Shown: piece after piece, positions 60,108 to 64,000 of the stretch | How the letters are laid out: the number at the start of each line of letters is the position of its first letter | Position numbering within the stretch: the stretch's first letter is position 1 | DNA from: Bacilli bacterium | Lineage (GTDB): Bacteria > Bacillota_I > Bacilli_A > RF39 > UBA660 | Direction: 5' to 3' | Length of the DNA stretch: 64,000 nt | Assembly: GCA_017617435.1 (NCBI GenBank) | Contig: JAFZWF010000014.1 | Coordinates: 573-64,572, forward strand | Program-made: the position numbers and the translations under genes | Notes under the pieces: model-generated | Database searches by the model: none | What the model was told of the DNA's origin: nothing | The model's input: only the letters and a program-made list of their open reading frames with translations

Positions 60108-60495
60108 GTTTTCTTTGTAATGATGAAATTTGTTTTTCAATATCTATAATATCTTTTTCTTTATTTTTCTTATTTTTATCTCCATCAATTTTTTTTATAT
60201 ATTTTTCTAAGTCACTATATACTTTATTTAAGAATGCTTCTCTTTTCTTGTGTGAAAGATTAGCAAATCTTTCTAATGTTTTATGCATAGCACTAAGTTT
60301 TACTTTATCTTTTGTGTTGATAATATACTCATTAAAAAATTTCCTTATTTCTTCCGACTTTTCATTATCGTATCCTTCACCATCAAACAAAAACTCATTT
60401 TCTTTTAATTCTGCTACTATTCTCTCTGCGATCTTTAATTGATCATTTGGATCAATCATTTTATATTTTTCTACCCATTTTTCATTTTTTTTCAT
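60082..60495 (-). CDS. hypothetical Lys/Glu-rich protein (137 aa)
   Basis: Clean ORF. Predicted helical/coiled-coil. No family recognised. Confidence 0.4.
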   Translation of the reverse strand: MKKNEKWVEKYKMIDPNDQLKIAERIVAELKENEFLFDGEGYDNEKSEEIRKFFNEYIINTKDKVKLSAMHKTLERFANLSHKKREAFLNKVYSDLEKYIKKIDGDKNKKNKEKDIIDIEKQISSLQRKLKKKKNTN

Positions 60496-60511
60496 AATTA
60501 ATAATCCTTCT

Positions 60512-60958
60512 TTACATACTACTTACTGAATCCTTTTTATATTTAAAGTAATATTTCCATAGTATTATTCCAGAAGTTCCTAAAAGAATGATACCTACAC
60601 CTGGACCTATAAGCCATAAAAATCTCATATTTGCAACAAATGAATCAGATGGATTTGATTTATCATAATATATTTTTATTGTTTTACCATCATAATATGT
60701 TGAACTATAAAAGCTATATGTTTTAATATATGTTTTTCCATTTACTACATACTTTACTTTAGTATAATTCCTTGCTTCTAAAATAGTTGCTGTTGTTTTT
60801 CCTTTATTTATTGGTGCTATAACTACAAATCTAATTGCAAGAACAAGACCTACTATAAATACAACTAAACTACAAAGCATAAATATTATTGGAAATCTTA
60901 AATCTTTAACTTGTAACATATTTTTACATCGCCTTTCTAGATGCTTTAATACTTTCAA
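60512..60958 (-). CDS. DUF3592-like membrane protein (two TM helices flanking a beta-rich domain)
   Basis: 148 aa. TM helix, a hydrophilic segment of about 70 aa, second TM helix. Confidence 0.45.
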   Translation of the reverse strand: MKVLKHLERRCKNMLQVKDLRFPIIFMLCSLVVFIVGLVLAIRFVVIAPINKGKTTATILEARNYTKVKYVVNGKTYIKTYSFYSSTYYDGKTIKIYYDKSNPSDSFVANMRFLWLIGPGVGIILLGTSGIILWKYYFKYKKDSVSSM

Positions 60959-61496
60959 CCGTATTATTTATTTTATTTCTATTTTTTTTATATTTTTTTA
61001 AGAATATAGTCATTGAAATGCTCATAGATATACCACCCACTATAAAACCTATAAAAGATACAAATATAGGAAATAAAATTATTGCCCATCCTTTTGTATC
61101 GTCATTAGATATGCTTTTTAAGCTATAAAAAAACCATATTGTTGCTATAATAACAGCTATCATTGTAATAGTACCTGTTATAGTGTAATATCTATCTTTT
61201 ATCTTTTTTAGTTTTCTTGCATCATCTAATACTTGTTTTTCTTCATTATTTAAAATACTTTCATGTTTTGTTAAGAACTTGAAACTATCTTTGTCTTTTT
61301 TCATATTTTTAATTAGTTTTATATATAAAACTAATGATATAACTAATAGTATTGTACTAATAATACCCAAATATTTATTTATTTTTGTTAAATAACTGTC
61401 TAAATATATAAAACCACATAATATTAAACCTAGTAAGGTAATATAAGCTAATATTTTTAGTTCGAATTTCGTAAATTTATTTAATTTATTTCTCAA
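60924..61496 (-). CDS. hypothetical membrane protein (190 aa, 4 TM helices)
   Basis: Clean ORF overlapping the downstream gene by 35 nt. Confidence 0.4.
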   Translation of the reverse strand: MRNKLNKFTKFELKILAYITLLGLILCGFIYLDSYLTKINKYLGIISTILLVISLVLYIKLIKNMKKDKDSFKFLTKHESILNNEEKQVLDDARKLKKIKDRYYTITGTITMIAVIIATIWFFYSLKSISNDDTKGWAIILFPIFVSFIGFIVGGISMSISMTIFLKKYKKNRNKINNTVESIKASRKAM

Positions 61497-61570
61497 CTAT
61501 TACACCTTCTCAAAGTTATTATATCACTTTATATAATATGGTATAATAATTAAGAAAGAATGATGTAAAG

Positions 61571-62188
61571 ATGAAAAAGATATTAATTATATTTATTTGT
61601 TTAATAGCACTTCCACTTTGTGTAAGTGCTAAAAAAATTAAAGTTGAACTCGAAAAATGTATTGATGGAGATACGATATCAATTAAAAAAGATGAAATAA
61701 TAACAAAGGTCAGATTTTTAGCTATAGATGCGCCAGAAATTGATAAAGACGAACCATACTCAGTTGAGGCAAAAGATTATTTATGTAACTTAATAAAAAG
61801 TGGAAAGAACTTATATATAGAATATGATAATAAGGCAGACAAAACAGATAAATACGATCGCACACTAGCTTGGGTATGGATTGATAATACTTTTCTTCAA
61901 GGAGAATTGGTTAAAAATGGTTATGCTAAGGTTGCATATTTATATGACGAATATAAATATGCATCTGAACTAAAAGAATTTGAAAAATATGCAAAAGATG
62001 AAAAATTAAATATATGGTCAAACTATGTTCCAAAACAAAAAACAAAAAAAGTTAAAAAAAGTAAGAAAGATGAAATCCTTGATAAAATAAACAAGTATTA
62101 TGATATTATTGCAATTACACTTGCATTAATACTTGCTCTTATTACATTTAATATAACAAGTAAAAAGAAGAATAAATCTCATAAATAG
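61571..62188 (+). CDS. secreted/membrane-anchored thermonuclease (staphylococcal nuclease, SNase fold)
   Basis: Signal peptide. SNase motifs CIDGDTI, RFLAIDAPE, DRTLAWVW. C-terminal TM anchor. Confidence 0.8.
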   Translation: MKKILIIFICLIALPLCVSAKKIKVELEKCIDGDTISIKKDEIITKVRFLAIDAPEIDKDEPYSVEAKDYLCNLIKSGKNLYIEYDNKADKTDKYDRTLAWVWIDNTFLQGELVKNGYAKVAYLYDEYKYASELKEFEKYAKDEKLNIWSNYVPKQKTKKVKKSKKDEILDKINKYYDIIAITLALILALITFNITSKKKNKSHK

Positions 62189-62190
62189 AT

Positions 62191-63606
62191 TTATTCTTCT
62201 TTTAATTTACCATCTAAACTAAAGCTTTTTGCATCAATGATTTCAACATTAATAATCTTACCAATTAAATCTTTATCTCCAGTAAAATTTACTAATTTCA
62301 TGGTTTCAGTATATCCGAAAAGTTTAGTTTGGTCTTTATCATTAACTCCTTCAACTAATACTTTTTCAGTTTTTCCAACATATTTTTGATTGTTCATTAA
62401 GGAATAATCATTAATAATTTCATTAAGTTTATATAATCTTTGTTCTTTTTCTTCAAGAGATACTTTATCATCCATTTTTGCAGCAGGAGTTCCTTCCCTT
62501 TTAGAATATATAAATGTAAATGCACTATCAAACTTGCATGTATTAACAACGTCTAAAGTTTCATTAAAATCTTCTTCTGATTCATTTGGAAAACCAACAA
62601 TAATATCAGTTGTAATTGCAGCATTTTCAACTTTGTCTTTAATCTTATTAAATAAAGCAATATATTCTTTTTTAGTATATCTTCTACCCATTAATTTAAG
62701 TATTCTATCTGAACCAGATTGAAGTGGTAAATGAATATAATTCATAATATTTTCGTTATTTGCTATAACATCTATCATTTCATCTGTAAAATCCCAAGGG
62801 TGTGATGTAACAAATCTAACTCTTTCGATTTTAGTATCTGCAACCTTTTGTAAAAGTTCAGCAAAACTTACTTCACCTTCTAAGTCTTTACCATAAGCAT
62901 TAACGTTTTGACCCAAAAGAGTTACTTCTTTATATCCATCTTTAACGAGCTCTTTTACTTCTTTTAATATATCTTCTGATTTTCTGCTTCTTTGTTTTCC
63001 TCTTGTGTATGGAACAATGCAATATGTGCAAAACTTATCACAGCCATACTGAATATTAACCCATGCTTTAAAATTTGAGTCACGATGATATTTAACATTT
63101 TCGTAAACATTACCTTCGCATGAATATACTTCGATATTTTGTTTATTATCTTTTTTATTAATCAACAATTTTTCTAAATCAGCTATATTATGAGTTCCAA
63201 ATACAAGGTCAACATATGGATGCTTTTCCATAATAAATTTACATACGTTTTCTTCTTGAGCCATACACCCACATATACATATGATTAAATTATTATTAAT
63301 TGATTCTTTTATATGTTTACATCTACCTAAAAAGCCATATAGTTTATCATGAGCATTTTCCCTAATTGCACATGTATTTAAAATAACTAAATCAGCATTT
63401 TCTAAATCATCTGTTTTTTCAAAACCAATAGATTCAAGGTGAGCTGATATTTCTTCACTATCATGCACATTCATTTGACAACCATATGTTCTTAGATAAT
63501 ATTTTTTACTACTAAATGTTGATTTATCGTATTCTTCATTTAGATATATATATTCTGTTTTTTTATCTGTTCTTTTTCTTGCATCTAATATATTTGGTAA
63601 ATTCAT
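62191..63606 (-). CDS. miaB: tRNA-i6A37 methylthiotransferase MiaB (radical SAM + TRAM)
   Basis: N-terminal MTTase motif TYGCQMN, radical-SAM CxxxCxxC (CDKFCTYC), C-terminal TRAM. 471 aa. Confidence 0.8.
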   Translation of the reverse strand: MNLPNILDARKRTDKKTEYIYLNEEYDKSTFSSKKYYLRTYGCQMNVHDSEEISAHLESIGFEKTDDLENADLVILNTCAIRENAHDKLYGFLGRCKHIKESINNNLIICICGCMAQEENVCKFIMEKHPYVDLVFGTHNIADLEKLLINKKDNKQNIEVYSCEGNVYENVKYHRDSNFKAWVNIQYGCDKFCTYCIVPYTRGKQRSRKSEDILKEVKELVKDGYKEVTLLGQNVNAYGKDLEGEVSFAELLQKVADTKIERVRFVTSHPWDFTDEMIDVIANNENIMNYIHLPLQSGSDRILKLMGRRYTKKEYIALFNKIKDKVENAAITTDIIVGFPNESEEDFNETLDVVNTCKFDSAFTFIYSKREGTPAAKMDDKVSLEEKEQRLYKLNEIINDYSLMNNQKYVGKTEKVLVEGVNDKDQTKLFGYTETMKLVNFTGDKDLIGKIINVEIIDAKSFSLDGKLKEE

Positions 63607-63651
63607 ATATAATCACTTCCGTTTAACACGATTAATTATAACAAAAATATA

Positions 63652-63684
63652 TAAAAAAAAGAATAAGATTTTCATCTTATTCTT
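63652..63684 (-). terminator. rho-independent terminator after the surface-protein gene
   Basis: AAGAATAAGAT-tttc-ATCTTATTCTT with an 8-nt T-run on the minus strand. Confidence 0.7.
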
Positions 63685-63696
63685 AATTTAAATTAA

Positions 63697-64000
63697 TTAT
63701 ATTTTTCTTAATTTATTTTTAGATTTTATAATAAAGAATATAGAAGCTGCACTTAAAAGTCCACCAAGGATCATTACATATGGAACTGAATCTCCAGTTG
63801 GAACAGGTTTTTCACATTGTTCTTTGTATTGATCTGCAGTAATTTCTTCATTTTTATCATTGTAATAAACTTTTTGTCCGTCTTTACCATCTTCTACACG
63901 GCACATACAAATCTTTTTATAGTCGTCGTATGAAATTTCTTTTCCTTCGAAACCATAATATTTAGTTTCTTCACCATTTTTTTCAACGCGACATACAGGT
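63697..64000 (-). CDS. repeat-containing surface protein, C-terminal part, with a sortase-like sorting signal. The 5' end is beyond the right edge.
   Basis: Manual translation upstream of the ORF-track Met continues in frame to the window edge. At least two ~29-aa repeats (CRVEKNGEETKYYGFEGKEISYDDYKKI / CRVEDGKDGQKVYYNDKNEEITADQYKEQ), then VPTGD + hydrophobic helix + KSKNKLRKI tail. Strong terminator at 63652..63684. Confidence 0.55.
   Translation of the reverse strand, partial: PVCRVEKNGEETKYYGFEGKEISYDDYKKICMCRVEDGKDGQKVYYNDKNEEITADQYKEQCEKPVPTGDSVPYVMILGGLLSAASIFFIIKSKNKLRKI

Noticed and set aside
57793-60442. Plus-strand ORFs 57793..58005 and 60089..60442
   Set aside because: Antisense to dnaB and to the 137-aa gene respectively. 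Poly-F/L/S composition caused by A-rich lysine codons on the opposite strand.
1-64000. CRISPR arrays, IS elements or prophage
   Set aside because: No repeat-spacer periodicity. No integrase, transposase, recombinase, terminase or capsid-like ORFs. Gene content is conserved housekeeping/sporulation core.

Overview
The window is a very AT-rich chromosomal core segment, about 90% coded, with most genes on the minus strand. The gene content points to a low-GC, endospore-forming Firmicute (Clostridia/Bacilli-like) using the standard genetic code: full-length conserved proteins end at TGA.

Main blocks, left to right:
(1) A remodelled dcw cell-wall cluster: PBP-mraY-ftsW/spoVE-[unknown]-murG-murB-divIB-queH. 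murE and murD are missing from their usual positions.
(2) Housekeeping genes: ttcA, a DUF368 polyprenyl-phosphate transporter-like gene, a heterodimeric ABC exporter pair, NUDIX, LysR, dtd, an HD hydrolase and rlmD.
(3) A gerA-family germinant receptor operon in A-C-B order, a VanY-like DD-carboxypeptidase, then rasP-cdsA-ylbL-like.
(4) An operon of two type-IV-pilin-like genes. The second encodes an 878-aa protein with two tandem glycine-rich repeats of about 250 aa each.
(5) spoVID/sipL-like plus ysxE-like, lon, yneF, a sirA-like gene, tkt, a GT4 glycosyltransferase and a divergent lexA-like gene whose product appears non-cleavable.
(6) A rhomboid protease, rluD, lspA, ylmC, then spoIIGA-sigE-sigG downstream of ftsA-ftsZ, with a 392-aa unknown protein inserted between ftsZ and spoIIGA.
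(7) infC-rpmI-rplT with a structured leader, and an L20 carrying an unusual C-terminal extension.
(8) A T-box-regulated thrS, then ytxC-like, dnaI and dnaB (Bacillus-type), a tRNA with anticodon CAU, a thermonuclease, miaB, and a partial repeat-containing surface protein at the right edge.

I saw no CRISPR array, integrase, transposase or obvious prophage. The most unusual content is the pilin-anchored glycine-rich giant protein, the L20 extension, the apparently non-cleavable LexA paralogue, and the remodelled dcw and sporulation-sigma neighbourhoods.
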